Positions 9,495 to 20,553 are shown, counted from the stretch's first letter. The stretch is 64,000 nucleotides of DNA from a bacterium (GCA_963676395.1 OY781066.1:1024001-1088000); one strand, 5' to 3'. Notes: generated by a model from the sequence alone, not told the origin. Translations and numbers: made by a program.

Positions 9495-10649
9495 TTATTC
9501 CCAGGTACGTCTTGTATGAAATGATTCATATTCTTTCTTGTCGGCCTCGGGAATATTTAAGAGAGGAAATTTTCTTCGAAGATAATTGGAAAACATATAA
9601 TCCAAATCCGGATTATCTTCAGGAGAGAATCCCATAACCTGCTCCCAAACATCGGCATCTTCCATACAAAAATAAATAAACAAATCTTCACCGCCATATT
9701 TTCGCAAACAGTTATATAAATGCTTATAAACCTTTACTCGCAATGGTTTAAAATAGCGCTGTTTATTATCATTACCGCGAATCATTTCACCGTCTAGCAG
9801 ATCAGTCTTAGGGAATTTATCTCTTACCTTGTCTGCCATTTCGGGCGGAAAACGCAAAGATCCAATGGATATCCAGGCAATACGTGAGGGATCGGCATGC
9901 ATAAACAAATCTCTGACCAATTCTTCATAATCCTTTTCCCAATCTTCATAGATCAACATGGGGTCAAAATGAAAACCTGTCATAAACCCGGCTTTTTGTA
10001 CTTTTTCCAATCCCATCATGCGTTGTTCAAATGTTGCTGCTCTAAATTCATGTTTACTAATACGATCCAGAGGATTCAGCGACCAGGAAATCACAGTGCG
10101 ACCTTTATGCTCGCTTCCCAGCAAATGGTCTACTTTATCTGATTTTGTTTTAAGTTCAAGGATCATATTGCTTTGTTCGGCAGCGTAATCTATCAATTCG
10201 GGACCCGCTTGTGCAATATCATCAATAGCCAGGCTATCAGCCAGCTCTCCCGTACCAACGCGAAAAAATCGTCTCGGTTCTTGAGAAATTCTCTCACTTA
10301 TCATCGTCTTAAGATCATCAAGATTGGAAAAAACAGTCAACAAGGGATTATTTAAATAATACTGTAAAATACAATAAGTGCAGTCGAAAGGACAATTGGT
10401 TGCCTGATGTAAGGTCCAGTAATTACAACAGATATAAGGCTCTGCCGTACCGGGGCAGACTTTAAAATGCTGACCTTTAGCGAGCGTAATAAATACATTA
10501 TGCTTCCCACTTTTACTCTCTTTTTCAAACAAGGCTTCCTTTGCTTCCTCGGTATCGGGGATTATGACCTCTTCCGCTCGGGGATAAGCCTTCCTAAAGC
10601 GCTGAGCCATGATAGTATTTTCACAACCTTGTGTTAGATATATGATCAT
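9495..10649 (-). CDS. Spore photoproduct lyase-like radical SAM protein
   Basis: CPGT..Y.CC, CPFDCTYC (CxxxCxxC), GTGE..DSL, ELKTKS, SWSLNP, FHFDP. ATG at 10649 lies 2 nt after the dnaE stop. Confidence 0.85.
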   Translation of the reverse strand: MIIYLTQGCENTIMAQRFRKAYPRAEEVIIPDTEEAKEALFEKESKSGKHNVFITLAKGQHFKVCPGTAEPYICCNYWTLHQATNCPFDCTYCILQYYLNNPLLTVFSNLDDLKTMISERISQEPRRFFRVGTGELADSLAIDDIAQAGPELIDYAAEQSNMILELKTKSDKVDHLLGSEHKGRTVISWSLNPLDRISKHEFRAATFEQRMMGLEKVQKAGFMTGFHFDPMLIYEDWEKDYEELVRDLFMHADPSRIAWISIGSLRFPPEMADKVRDKFPKTDLLDGEMIRGNDNKQRYFKPLRVKVYKHLYNCLRKYGGEDLFIYFCMEDADVWEQVMGFSPEDNPDLDYMFSNYLRRKFPLLNIPEADKKEYESFHTRRTWE

Positions 10650-10651
10650 AA

Positions 10652-13600
10652 TTATTTTAACCAAACATTATTACCGCCCAATACTTCCCGAAGCTTATCA
10701 ATCATTTCGGGGGCGCCGTTTATTCCAAAACCGGCAATAAAACTCATGGGATCTCTCTGATCCGGATAAGTCAAATGTATATATAAACGCTTGTTTCCGG
10801 GATATTGCTTAATAATATCCTTGATCTGTTTTTGTTTAAAATCAAAAGTATCATCTTGTGAAAATCGCACATGAACAGTTTTGATCATTTTTTCACGCAA
10901 ATTTGATAAAGGCATCGCAGAATTCATAAATACTGTAACTTGATTATCACGTTCACGGTCGATCTTCAAGGCACCTTCTATAAATACCCTTGAATCTTCC
11001 TTGAGTAATTCTTTGTGATCGTTGAAAGATCTAAAAGCAAGAACAGTAAGTTGATTATTCAGTGATTCCAATTGAAATCTTGCGTAGGGCTTGTTCTTTT
11101 TATCGTAACCCACCATAAAGCTTTTTATTAAACCACCGATCTTGATCTTTTCCGGAAGTGGCCCGTCTAGATCACTTAATACCTTTTCATTTGAAAAAGC
11201 TTCTAGCTCATCGCGATATTTTTCCAAGGGATGACCGGTTAAATAAAAACCGATGAATTCTTTTTCTTTTTCCAGCTTTTCCTGCTCATCCCAATCAGGA
11301 AGTTCTTCCAAAGTAGGTTCATTAATAACTACCTGGCCGGTCGCAGCCCCAAAAAGTGAAACCTGAGCAGCCTGTTTTTCTTCCTGGAAACGCTGTCCAT
11401 ATTTAATTGCCAGATCTATGGCTTTAAATTTTTGAGAGCGATTACCTTCCAACTCATCCATAGCTCCGGCATAGATCAGTGCTTCAAATGTTTTTCGGTT
11501 TACCGTTCGCAGATCAACTCGGGAAGCCAAATCAAAGATAGACTTGAATTCATCACCTTCTTGACGAGCGCGCGCAATCTCAGCCGCTGCTTTTTCACCA
11601 ATACTTTTTAAAGCTGACAGTCCGTAGGTAATATCACCGTCCAAGACTGAAAAATAGGCTGTAGAGGTATTAACATTTGGAGGTAAAACTTTCAGATCAA
11701 TATTTTTTGCCTCGTTTACCAACTCAACAACGCGCTTGATCTCACCACGCTCTGATGTCAGGTTAGCTGCCATAAACTCTGCAGGATAATACGCTTTAAG
11801 GTAACCGGTTTGGTAGGCAATATAAGCATAAGCCACAGAGTGACTTTTATTAAAACCATAATTCGCAAATTTAATCAAAAGGTCAAAAAGCTCTGTCGCC
11901 TGTTTTTCTGTCAAGCCGCTTTTTTTACAACCATCTTTGAATTCCGCTCCCATCTTTTCCATCACTTCGAGCTTTTTCTTGCCCATAGCTCGGCGTAACA
12001 TATCCGCTTTAGACAGAGGGAAGCCCGCAAGATCGGAGGCTACACGCATCACCTGTTCCTGATAAACAATAATGCCATAGGTAGGTTTAAGGATAGGTTC
12101 CAGGAGCGGGTGTAAATATTCGAGTTTTTCTTTGCCATGTTTACGACGAATATATGTAGGAATATTCTCCATAGGACCGGGACGATATAAAGCATTCATC
12201 GCAACAAGATCATCTAAGGCCGAAGGTTTCAACTGCTTGAGGTATTCCCGCATACCACCGGATTCAAACTGAAACAAACCAAATGTTTTACCCTCTGAAA
12301 ACAACTTAAAAACCGCTTCATCATCTAAAGGGATCTTATTGATATCAAATTCAATCCCTCGCATTTTTAATAGATCAAGTGTGTGTTTCATCACGGTTAA
12401 TGTACGCAAACCCAGGAAGTCCACTTTCAACATACCCACCTGTTCCAAACAACCCATATCGTACTGAGTGGTCACATCATCACGAGTAGATTTGAACAGT
12501 GGAAGATAATTCATCAGATCGTCGGGAGCAATTACAACACCGGCAGCATGAATACCAACCTGGCGATTCATGCCTTCCAGCACATTGGACATTTCCCAAA
12601 GCTTTTCATAGTCTTCGTTTTCATGAATAAGTGTTTCAAGATCTTTATTCAGTTCTTCGGCATCTTTAAGTTTTTTTACTCCTTCGGGAATAGCTTTAGC
12701 AAACTGATCACCCACCGAGTATGGCATGCCCATGACCCTGGCAATATCTCTAACAACCGCTTTAGCCTTCATCCTCCCAAAGGTAATGATCTGAGTCACC
12801 GAATCTTCACCGTAAAAATCTTTAATATAATCAATCACCTCGGGACGGCGTTCATAACAAAAATCAATATCAATATCAGGCATGGTAACACGCTCTGGAT
12901 TCAAAAAACGTTCAAAAAGCAGATCATAATCCAACGGATTGATCGTAGTAATATCCAAAGCATAGGCTACAATGGAACCGGCAGCCGACCCACGACCCGG
13001 ACCGACCGGGATATCATTATTTTTTGCCCAACGAACAAAATCCTGAGTAATCAAAAAGTAACCCGGAAAACCCATTTTCTTAATAACTGAAAGTTCGTAA
13101 TCTGCTCGTTCCTTGACCTCATCACTTAGATCTTTTGAGATCTTTTCTCGCAATCCCTCATAAACAAGAAATCTTAAATATTCATCGGGATCATCTGTCC
13201 CGGCATCCTTGGGGATAGGGAAATTTGGCAAATGGTAAATCGTTTTTTCGGGTAAGGGATTAAAATTACATTGATCAGCAATTTTAACGGTATTTTCCAA
13301 AGCCTCGGGGACATCTTTAAAAAGCTCTGCCATTTCTTCATAGCTTTTATAATAAAATTGATCATTGGCATAGCGCATACGATGTTCATCTGAAATATTA
13401 TTTCCGGTACCAATACACAGCAAGGCATCATGTGCTTCGTAATGATCCTGTTTAGCATAGTGAGAATCATTGGTACAAATCAGCGGAATACCGGTTTCCT
13501 GAGAGATTTTGATAAATGCATCGTTGACAATGTCTTCTTCGACCATACCGTGACGTTGTAATTCAAGGTAAAAACGACCATCAAAAATCTCATTGTACTC

Positions 13601-14086
13601 CAATGCAATCTCTTTGGCTTCGTCGTAACCTTTCTTGCGTGCAGCAACGGCAGCTTCACCCTTAATACAAGCTGAACAAGCAATAATACCTTCGGAATAT
13701 TTACGTAACAATTCTTTATCAACACGTGGTTTATAGTAAAAACCTTCCAGATAACCATAAGATGATAGGCGGATCATATTTTTATAACCTGTCTCGTTCA
13801 TCGCAAGAACAACCAGGTGAAAATATTTTCCCTCATCTTCTCTAATGCTGATTCTATCGTGACGAGAACCCTGAGCAACATATAATTCACAACCATATAT
13901 AGGTTTTATATCATGTTTCTTGGCTTGATTTGCCAATTCAATAGACATGAACATATTGCCGTGATCAGTGATCGCCACAGCAGGGAAACCCATTTCTTTT
14001 GCGTTTTGAACAATAGTGGAGACCTTTTGAGCCCCATCTAAAGTGGAATAATCGCTATGTGTGTGAAGATGAACAAAATTCGCCAT
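10652..14086 (-). CDS. dnaE: DNA polymerase III alpha subunit
   Basis: PHP domain HLHTHSDYS, GPGRGSAAGS, PDIDIDF, HAAGVV, YGFNKSH, OB fold. Start set at MANFVHLH. Confidence 0.98.
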   Translation of the reverse strand: MANFVHLHTHSDYSTLDGAQKVSTIVQNAKEMGFPAVAITDHGNMFMSIELANQAKKHDIKPIYGCELYVAQGSRHDRISIREDEGKYFHLVVLAMNETGYKNMIRLSSYGYLEGFYYKPRVDKELLRKYSEGIIACSACIKGEAAVAARKKGYDEAKEIALEYNEIFDGRFYLELQRHGMVEEDIVNDAFIKISQETGIPLICTNDSHYAKQDHYEAHDALLCIGTGNNISDEHRMRYANDQFYYKSYEEMAELFKDVPEALENTVKIADQCNFNPLPEKTIYHLPNFPIPKDAGTDDPDEYLRFLVYEGLREKISKDLSDEVKERADYELSVIKKMGFPGYFLITQDFVRWAKNNDIPVGPGRGSAAGSIVAYALDITTINPLDYDLLFERFLNPERVTMPDIDIDFCYERRPEVIDYIKDFYGEDSVTQIITFGRMKAKAVVRDIARVMGMPYSVGDQFAKAIPEGVKKLKDAEELNKDLETLIHENEDYEKLWEMSNVLEGMNRQVGIHAAGVVIAPDDLMNYLPLFKSTRDDVTTQYDMGCLEQVGMLKVDFLGLRTLTVMKHTLDLLKMRGIEFDINKIPLDDEAVFKLFSEGKTFGLFQFESGGMREYLKQLKPSALDDLVAMNALYRPGPMENIPTYIRRKHGKEKLEYLHPLLEPILKPTYGIIVYQEQVMRVASDLAGFPLSKADMLRRAMGKKKLEVMEKMGAEFKDGCKKSGLTEKQATELFDLLIKFANYGFNKSHSVAYAYIAYQTGYLKAYYPAEFMAANLTSERGEIKRVVELVNEAKNIDLKVLPPNVNTSTAYFSVLDGDITYGLSALKSIGEKAAAEIARARQEGDEFKSIFDLASRVDLRTVNRKTFEALIYAGAMDELEGNRSQKFKAIDLAIKYGQRFQEEKQAAQVSLFGAATGQVVINEPTLEELPDWDEQEKLEKEKEFIGFYLTGHPLEKYRDELEAFSNEKVLSDLDGPLPEKIKIGGLIKSFMVGYDKKNKPYARFQLESLNNQLTVLAFRSFNDHKELLKEDSRVFIEGALKIDRERDNQVTVFMNSAMPLSNLREKMIKTVHVRFSQDDTFDFKQKQIKDIIKQYPGNKRLYIHLTYPDQRDPMSFIAGFGINGAPEMIDKLREVLGGNNVWLK

Positions 14087-14312
14087 AAGTCGCCGGAAGT
14101 TTAGCATTAAAAACAAACAATTCGAACTCAAATGTAAGCAAGAGGAATTAAAAGGCGAAAGGATTTCTTGGAATAAAGGATGTTTTTTTAGCTGTACTAA
14201 AAAATAATTTGCTCCATAATATTTAAAGTGTAATAAATCAAATTTTCCTCAGCCAGAAAACTTAACAAGCCATATTAAAAACTATTTATTTTGTGACTAT
14301 TTAGTGTTTTAT

Positions 14313-16787
14313 TTATTCACTGGTACCCAAAGAGTTAAAGCCATCACCATCTAAAGCATTAATACTTCGTTGCCTTTTGTAATTGTTGATCTTTAATGAT
14401 AAAGACAAAGATATCTTTGGGATTGCACTGGAACTTTCAGTATAGGTATATGTCGTTGGTGTGTAGTATTCAACTTTAGTGGAGCTTAAGCCCAAAAAAT
14501 TACTGGCAGATAAGCTGGCAGATAACTTACCTTTTAAAAAATCGTGACTCAAACTAAGGTTGGGCATTAAACCCATTGTAAACGAACCTTGGAGCGTTGT
14601 GATTTTCGGCATGTATATTAAAATGATTTGAATGCGGGTTTTTGTTGGCAAAACAAATGAGCTTCTCATATTGGCTGAGTAGCTCATTGTCTCTTTTGAG
14701 ATATCTTCACCCAACAAGGTCCCTTCAATTTTATGATAATATATATTTCCCGACACATTAAGCCTCCACCAGGAAAAAAGATTTAAATCTACCATCGTAT
14801 AAACACCTAAAGACTGATCTTTGCCAACATTTTCGTAGCGGCCCAAAATAACATTTTCATCTTCTTGATAGAGGGTTTGAATTCTTTCAACCCTATCGCT
14901 ATTACGGCTATAATAGGTATTTAATGAGAGTGAACATTTTTTAAAACTCTTTTGAATACTTAAAGAATATAAATCAATCATTTCCGATTTTAGCGCCGGA
15001 TTACCAATACTGACATGATATGCATCCTGCCAAGTATAAAACGGTTGCAACTGATAAGCAGATGGACGTTCAATCCGCCTTGAATAGGATGCCATTAAAT
15101 TTATATCACCGGGTAAGAGGTAAGATAAATGCAAACTTGGAAATACATTTAAACTATCAACAACAAATACAGAATCAACGGCATCACTATTGATCTCTCG
15201 ATAAGTATATTCTGCACGAATTCCGGGCTGAAAACCCAATTTCCCAATTTCTGTACTGTAAATACCAAAAGCTGACATGGTATTTTGTTTATATGCCGTC
15301 AGATTAGAAAACTGTTCTTGTAAAATATAATTTCTTGTAGAAGCCTCATAATCATAAACGTTTTTCCCGTCACTTTTCCAATTAAAATTTACACTGGCTC
15401 CTGTCTCGAAATATGAACTACTTCTTAAAGGGCGCTTATAATTGAACTTTCCATTAAGGCTGCTCGTGGGCCCCAAATCAATTGACCATTTTCCTCCGGT
15501 CGTATCTCCAAATTCATCAAGCAAAATATTTCTTGTTTCCCTGTTCGAATTTTGCTCTGAATACGATGCGATAAATTTCATTTGATGCTTAACAGAGGAA
15601 GATTTTCTTTTTACATCTGTCGTTGTAGATTTTGAATTATTGTTCTTTTCTTTTTCTGGAAAGGTATGCGAATAATCCACGACTGCATTAAAGATCATGC
15701 CACGACTCAAAGAATTATCATAATTCATATAATTTTGAGTGTTGAAAACCGTTCCATTTATAGGATCTTTATGAATTACAGTAAAATCTCTCATATAAGA
15801 TCTTACTGAATTCCGGGGACTATAATTCGTTGAGAAACCTATGACATCATTTTTTGTGAGATGCCAATCTAAACCACCTTTAATGCCTCCACCATAGCTT
15901 TTACTCTCCCTAATACCCTCAGAAATATTATTTACCGTTGTGTCGGCCAAATACAAATAGTGATCTCTAAAAGAATCCGATAGATTTTTCCCTAATCTAT
16001 AATCCAAGGAAAGGTAAGTCGAGATCTTTTTATTCCGATAACTTAACAAAGCCGTGCCGCTCATATTGTTTGTGCCCCCCCTTAATGAAGCCAAGCCACT
16101 AATTCCTTTAAGTTTATTGCGCTTTGTTACAATATTAATAACACCGCCTCCACCTTCGGCTTGATATTTGGCCGAAGGGTTAAGCATAATCTCAATATTA
16201 TCAATTAAATCTGCGGGGATGGTCTCAAGAGCGTTTTGAGGTTCAAGTATAGATGGACGCCCATCTATCATCACCGTAAAGCTTGAGCTGTTCAGTAATT
16301 TTACTTTCCTGTCAATATCCACGATCACAGTGGGGACATTTTCAAGAATATCAATCGCTGTACCACCTCGAGCCGAAGGGAATTGCGTTGCGTCAACCAC
16401 CTGCTTATCAATTTTATAAGTGATCGCTGCTTTCTCTGCCTCGACAATGACATTCTCCATTTCCACCAAGGCAGGATTTAAATGAATAGCACCTAACTTG
16501 ACTTTTTCACTGTCGACAATAATATTATCTACTTGTTTTTTTTCATAACCCATGTATGAAATTACAAGATAGTATTTACCTTCAGGTAGATTAAATATGC
16601 GGAAACAACCATCAACACCTGACATGGTTCCGGTTTTAATTGTTTCACTTTCTTTTTCATAAACCGCTATATTAGCAAAATCTAAAGCTTTTTTCGTTTT
16701 ATTATCTTTGACCACACCAGAAAGTGTCGCAGCTGACAAAACAGAGACACTTATGAGAGCAAATATAAATAAATTTTTAATCTTCAT
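14313..16787 (-). CDS. TonB-dependent outer-membrane receptor with N-terminal CarboxypepD_reg-like domain
   Basis: Signal peptide, plug (IEIMLNPSAKY.AEG.GGVINIVTK), barrel motifs SYSRRIERP and GNPALKSE. Confidence 0.9.
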   Translation of the reverse strand: MKIKNLFIFALISVSVLSAATLSGVVKDNKTKKALDFANIAVYEKESETIKTGTMSGVDGCFRIFNLPEGKYYLVISYMGYEKKQVDNIIVDSEKVKLGAIHLNPALVEMENVIVEAEKAAITYKIDKQVVDATQFPSARGGTAIDILENVPTVIVDIDRKVKLLNSSSFTVMIDGRPSILEPQNALETIPADLIDNIEIMLNPSAKYQAEGGGGVINIVTKRNKLKGISGLASLRGGTNNMSGTALLSYRNKKISTYLSLDYRLGKNLSDSFRDHYLYLADTTVNNISEGIRESKSYGGGIKGGLDWHLTKNDVIGFSTNYSPRNSVRSYMRDFTVIHKDPINGTVFNTQNYMNYDNSLSRGMIFNAVVDYSHTFPEKEKNNNSKSTTTDVKRKSSSVKHQMKFIASYSEQNSNRETRNILLDEFGDTTGGKWSIDLGPTSSLNGKFNYKRPLRSSSYFETGASVNFNWKSDGKNVYDYEASTRNYILQEQFSNLTAYKQNTMSAFGIYSTEIGKLGFQPGIRAEYTYREINSDAVDSVFVVDSLNVFPSLHLSYLLPGDINLMASYSRRIERPSAYQLQPFYTWQDAYHVSIGNPALKSEMIDLYSLSIQKSFKKCSLSLNTYYSRNSDRVERIQTLYQEDENVILGRYENVGKDQSLGVYTMVDLNLFSWWRLNVSGNIYYHKIEGTLLGEDISKETMSYSANMRSSFVLPTKTRIQIILIYMPKITTLQGSFTMGLMPNLSLSHDFLKGKLSASLSASNFLGLSSTKVEYYTPTTYTYTESSSAIPKISLSLSLKINNYKRQRSINALDGDGFNSLGTSE

Positions 16788-17063
16788 ACATTTCCATATA
16801 CCTACCAAAATGATTACTTTACAACAACTGACTATTTAATTTAAAAACATACTAATATCATACCTAACAAAAATAATATTTGTTCCTCGTAAATACACGT
16901 AATCTCGACAACCAACTTCCAATTATAAACCGGATCTGTTTCTATCTTCTTACTTCGAGCTTCCGAATTTATCTTGTATATCCTATTTTAAACAACTATT
17001 TTAATCCTTCAAAAAATTAACTATTGCATACCCGCTCAAACGATCCTTTAGGGAGGGAATCTT

Positions 17064-18785
17064 ATGAAACGTTTTGCAAGTATAGACTTTTTACGTGGCT
17101 TTGCCATCTTCATGATGCTTATTTTGCATATGGTCAGTCATATTATCGATGTTGACACGCTAACGGCTGATATGTCACAAGTCAAATTCATTGAATTATT
17201 TCTCATGATCTTACTACCCTTTGGCGGTGGCCTGGCAGGTTTTTTTCTTATGGTATCTGCTATGGGAAATACGGTCAGCATGGAGCATGAGTTACAACGC
17301 AATACGGCAGGCAATGTTGTTGCCACCCGGCAGGTTGTCGGTGGATTAATTCTCCTCTTTTTTGCCATGTTGGTGGAGGGTTTGATCGGTTACCATGGTG
17401 CGGTAGGCGAAAACATCCATGAAGCATTGATGGCCGCCTCAAACCCTGCAATTGGCACTCACTCCTGGAGTTGGGATATTGCCACTTGGCGTTTTAATCA
17501 CTTCGAAACCATCCACACCATTGCCTGGGCGATCATTATCAATGGCTTGATCCACGGCATTTTGAGCTCAAAAGAAAAATATCGCGACAAAACAAAGCTT
17601 ATACGTACTTATATCATTATGGCTATCGTTGTATTGGTTCTTACACCGCTTATCTGGGGACTTGTAAAAGTTATTTCCCCCGGTTATCCCGCTCATCTTG
17701 GAAACTATTATCATTCGTATCCTCGTATTGGCGTTGATCCTTTCGGTCGCTTTGTTGCGGTTTTCTTTTTACAACCTCTTGCGGGATACCCCGAACCGCT
17801 CTTTCCCTATCTTGCAGCATCCTTTATTGGGACGATCTTCGGCATTTTCTTGACCATGCCAAAAGAACAACGAAAAGTAAAACTCTTTACAAAAACAACC
17901 CTGCGTATCGGCGTAATCATGTACTTGATTGGACTCGCAGGTCTCATCGCAAATATCATTTATGTTATCAACACAAAAGGTTTTGATGCCGGCTTGGATG
18001 TTTACATGCATATCTGGGATCATCGTGGATGGGTGCCCGAATTACGCGGCACACCCTGGCTGGGATGGTATTTCCAGTTCATGATCCTGAATGGTATGGG
18101 CATCCTTATTATTATGAGTATGCTTCGAATGGTTGAATTGCGGGGAATTGCCAAAGCATTTGGAAACAAAACACGCTTTATACGTCGATTTGGCTTTGTT
18201 GCATTTACCAACTACACAATACAATTCATATATTACATTGCGGCTTTTATTGCCGTAGACTGGGTCTTTGGTAATGTATACGGACCAAATGTCGGTCTTT
18301 GGGGTGAAACCATTTTGACTATTATCATCGGTATAAGTATGATGTATCTTATAAATATTCTTTGGGAAAAAGCACGTTTTGCCGGATCGCTTGAATGGAT
18401 GGTTAAACAAACAAATTATTTGTTCAATCCTGTACGTCGCAAAATTCTTAAAGAAAAAGGAATTAAGTGGTATCAAGCAGGTCTTCTTAATGTAAAAGAC
18501 GGTCTTTATGATGCTAATTGGGTCAATATTGTAGAAACCCATGAAATAGATCACAGTAAGGGTGAGGAATCTATTCTTGCAAGAAAACTTGCGCAAGTTG
18601 GTATCGTTTTCCCTTTCTACGCATACGTGAGTTACTTTATAGCAAAATTAGCCAAGAAAACCGAAGGTGAAACAAAAGAATATAAACATGCTATTATTTG
18701 GACAACCGTCATCATTATTATCGTCACACTCTTTCTTTTGGCTTCTTTCTTTATCTCACCGGCCACATTGGGTATTAGCTTATAA
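17064..18785 (+). CDS. Polytopic membrane protein, HGSNAT/DUF1624-like (putative acyltransferase)
   Basis: N-terminal RFASIDFLRG.AI..M...H motif, about 12-13 hydrophobic segments, P.FPYL and GSLEW. Confidence 0.7.
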   Translation: MKRFASIDFLRGFAIFMMLILHMVSHIIDVDTLTADMSQVKFIELFLMILLPFGGGLAGFFLMVSAMGNTVSMEHELQRNTAGNVVATRQVVGGLILLFFAMLVEGLIGYHGAVGENIHEALMAASNPAIGTHSWSWDIATWRFNHFETIHTIAWAIIINGLIHGILSSKEKYRDKTKLIRTYIIMAIVVLVLTPLIWGLVKVISPGYPAHLGNYYHSYPRIGVDPFGRFVAVFFLQPLAGYPEPLFPYLAASFIGTIFGIFLTMPKEQRKVKLFTKTTLRIGVIMYLIGLAGLIANIIYVINTKGFDAGLDVYMHIWDHRGWVPELRGTPWLGWYFQFMILNGMGILIIMSMLRMVELRGIAKAFGNKTRFIRRFGFVAFTNYTIQFIYYIAAFIAVDWVFGNVYGPNVGLWGETILTIIIGISMMYLINILWEKARFAGSLEWMVKQTNYLFNPVRRKILKEKGIKWYQAGLLNVKDGLYDANWVNIVETHEIDHSKGEESILARKLAQVGIVFPFYAYVSYFIAKLAKKTEGETKEYKHAIIWTTVIIIIVTLFLLASFFISPATLGISL

Positions 18786-18805
18786 ATTCTTTTTATAAAC
18801 AAAAC

Positions 18806-18832
18806 AGCCGTCATGTATTTGGCGGCTTTTTT
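18806..18832 (+). terminator. Intrinsic terminator
   Basis: AGCCGTCA-tgtatt-TGGCGGCT-TTTTT. Confidence 0.8.
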
Positions 18833-18937
18833 ACTTTGTTCAATTCTCATTTGCCGGTTTTAAATCTCTGATGACCGTTTACCGTTCACCGGCAACCGAT
18901 TTCTTGCTTCCGACTATTGTTTTCTGTAACTTAAGTC

Positions 18938-20515
18938 ATGAGAAAAATATCCTTCGTATCAATATCTATCATTTGCACCCTCCTTGTTTTGCTGATCGGC
19001 TGTGCCGCCGAAATGGCTCCGGGCGGGGGACCCTCCGATAAGACACCACCTGAACTTATATTACAAAACATATCTGATGCATCCGTCAATACTGACCCAA
19101 AACAAACATTTTTGTTTACGTTTTCTGAAAAGTTGAATTCTGATGTTATTAAAAGAAACGTAAGCCTTTTCCCAATAAAAGAAAATGTCTTTGATGTGAG
19201 TTATCGAAATAAAACCATTGCAATTTCACCTGTCCAAAGCTGGGAAGACAGCACTATTTATACATTGATCTTTGAAAAAGGGATAAGTGATCTACGCTCA
19301 AATGCTCTTAGGGCGCCAATTCAATTTACTTTTTCCACCGGAGATCAAATACCCAAAAACATGATCAATGGAAAAATATTTAATCTCCCATCAAACAAAA
19401 CCGCTAAGATCTTTTTAAGCCGTGTGGTCCAAAACGCTCCCCAAATTATTTCAAAGCCGGAATATTTTACTCAAAGCGATAATGAAGGAAATTTTTCTTT
19501 TTCATATATGCCGGCAGATACCTTTTATATTGCGGCTTATATAGATGAAGACAATAGTAACAGTTATAAAGAAACCTTTGACTTCCCCTGCATTCCCGAA
19601 TCAGAATATATTATCCCGGACACATCCGGTAATACTTTTCGCCTTCAAGCCGTACCCGATAATTTTGCACAAGCCAGGTTGATACGGGCGCAAAGCATAT
19701 CCCCTTGGGAAAGCGAATTGTCATTTTCAAAAATTCTCTCAGATAATACATCAAAAGAAAATATCACACTTGAGGGCATGTCGATCGACACAATAATAAT
19801 TAAAGATAAAACTATCTCGCTCTACCATGCAGAAGCGAAAGATAGTCTTCTAATAACATATTCAGGGTTAAATGACCAATTAAATGTTGAACTTGACGAC
19901 AGTAGCTTTTATATCATGATCGAAAAATGGGAAAACGATTATTATCAGTTTAAACAAATGGAGACTGCATTAAGAGTATATCCTCACCTTGGCTTAAAAA
20001 AACTTTTAGGAACTTTCCAATCTCAAGATACTACAGAAATTTCCCTGACTGAAACCTTACCGGGTTTTTATTCATTACCCGAAGTAAAAAAAGAGAAAAA
20101 AGGAAAACTTATTCTGGATCTTTCGAAGAATATGGTCCAAGAAACCTCAAGCTCCGACAGTATATATAATATTGATCTCAAACTGCCGACGAAACCAGAA
20201 TATGGTCGCGTATTGGCTTATTGCCAAGAAAAGCAAAACCCTCATGTCCGGTTTGTTCTGGAAAACAAAAAACAAAAATACGAAACAATAGCAAACGGTC
20301 AAGATATTCTATTTAATGAAGTTTTGCCGGGAACATATACACTAAAATACTATGTTGATAAGAATGCCGATCTAAGGAGAAACTATGGATCTTTAACTCC
20401 CTTTAAAAGCCCGGAATTCTTATTCTTTCTTGATGAAAATATTGATGTAAAAGCACGTTGGGATACAGAGTTAACCGATCCATTCAAGATTGAGATTGAA
20501 AACAAAAAACAATAG
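18938..20515 (+). CDS. Ig-like (Big_5) domain lipoprotein
   Basis: Lipobox LIG-C followed by A...P.GGP.DKTPP, F.FSE, and G.Y....D.N repeats. Confidence 0.85.
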   Translation: MRKISFVSISIICTLLVLLIGCAAEMAPGGGPSDKTPPELILQNISDASVNTDPKQTFLFTFSEKLNSDVIKRNVSLFPIKENVFDVSYRNKTIAISPVQSWEDSTIYTLIFEKGISDLRSNALRAPIQFTFSTGDQIPKNMINGKIFNLPSNKTAKIFLSRVVQNAPQIISKPEYFTQSDNEGNFSFSYMPADTFYIAAYIDEDNSNSYKETFDFPCIPESEYIIPDTSGNTFRLQAVPDNFAQARLIRAQSISPWESELSFSKILSDNTSKENITLEGMSIDTIIIKDKTISLYHAEAKDSLLITYSGLNDQLNVELDDSSFYIMIEKWENDYYQFKQMETALRVYPHLGLKKLLGTFQSQDTTEISLTETLPGFYSLPEVKKEKKGKLILDLSKNMVQETSSSDSIYNIDLKLPTKPEYGRVLAYCQEKQNPHVRFVLENKKQKYETIANGQDILFNEVLPGTYTLKYYVDKNADLRRNYGSLTPFKSPEFLFFLDENIDVKARWDTELTDPFKIEIENKKQ

Positions 20516-20553
20516 AATTATATTACACGGCTATAAATATTAATGAGGAAAAC

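Noticed and set aside
12548..13090. 180-aa antisense ORF in dnaE, and the many other nested or antisense ORFs in the track
   Set aside because: Shadow ORFs of well-conserved genes, with no recognisable motifs or translation signals.
16798..16878. Imperfect direct repeat ATACCTA(C/A)CAAAA upstream of the TonB-dependent receptor
   Set aside because: Only two degenerate AT-rich copies, which cannot be distinguished from chance.
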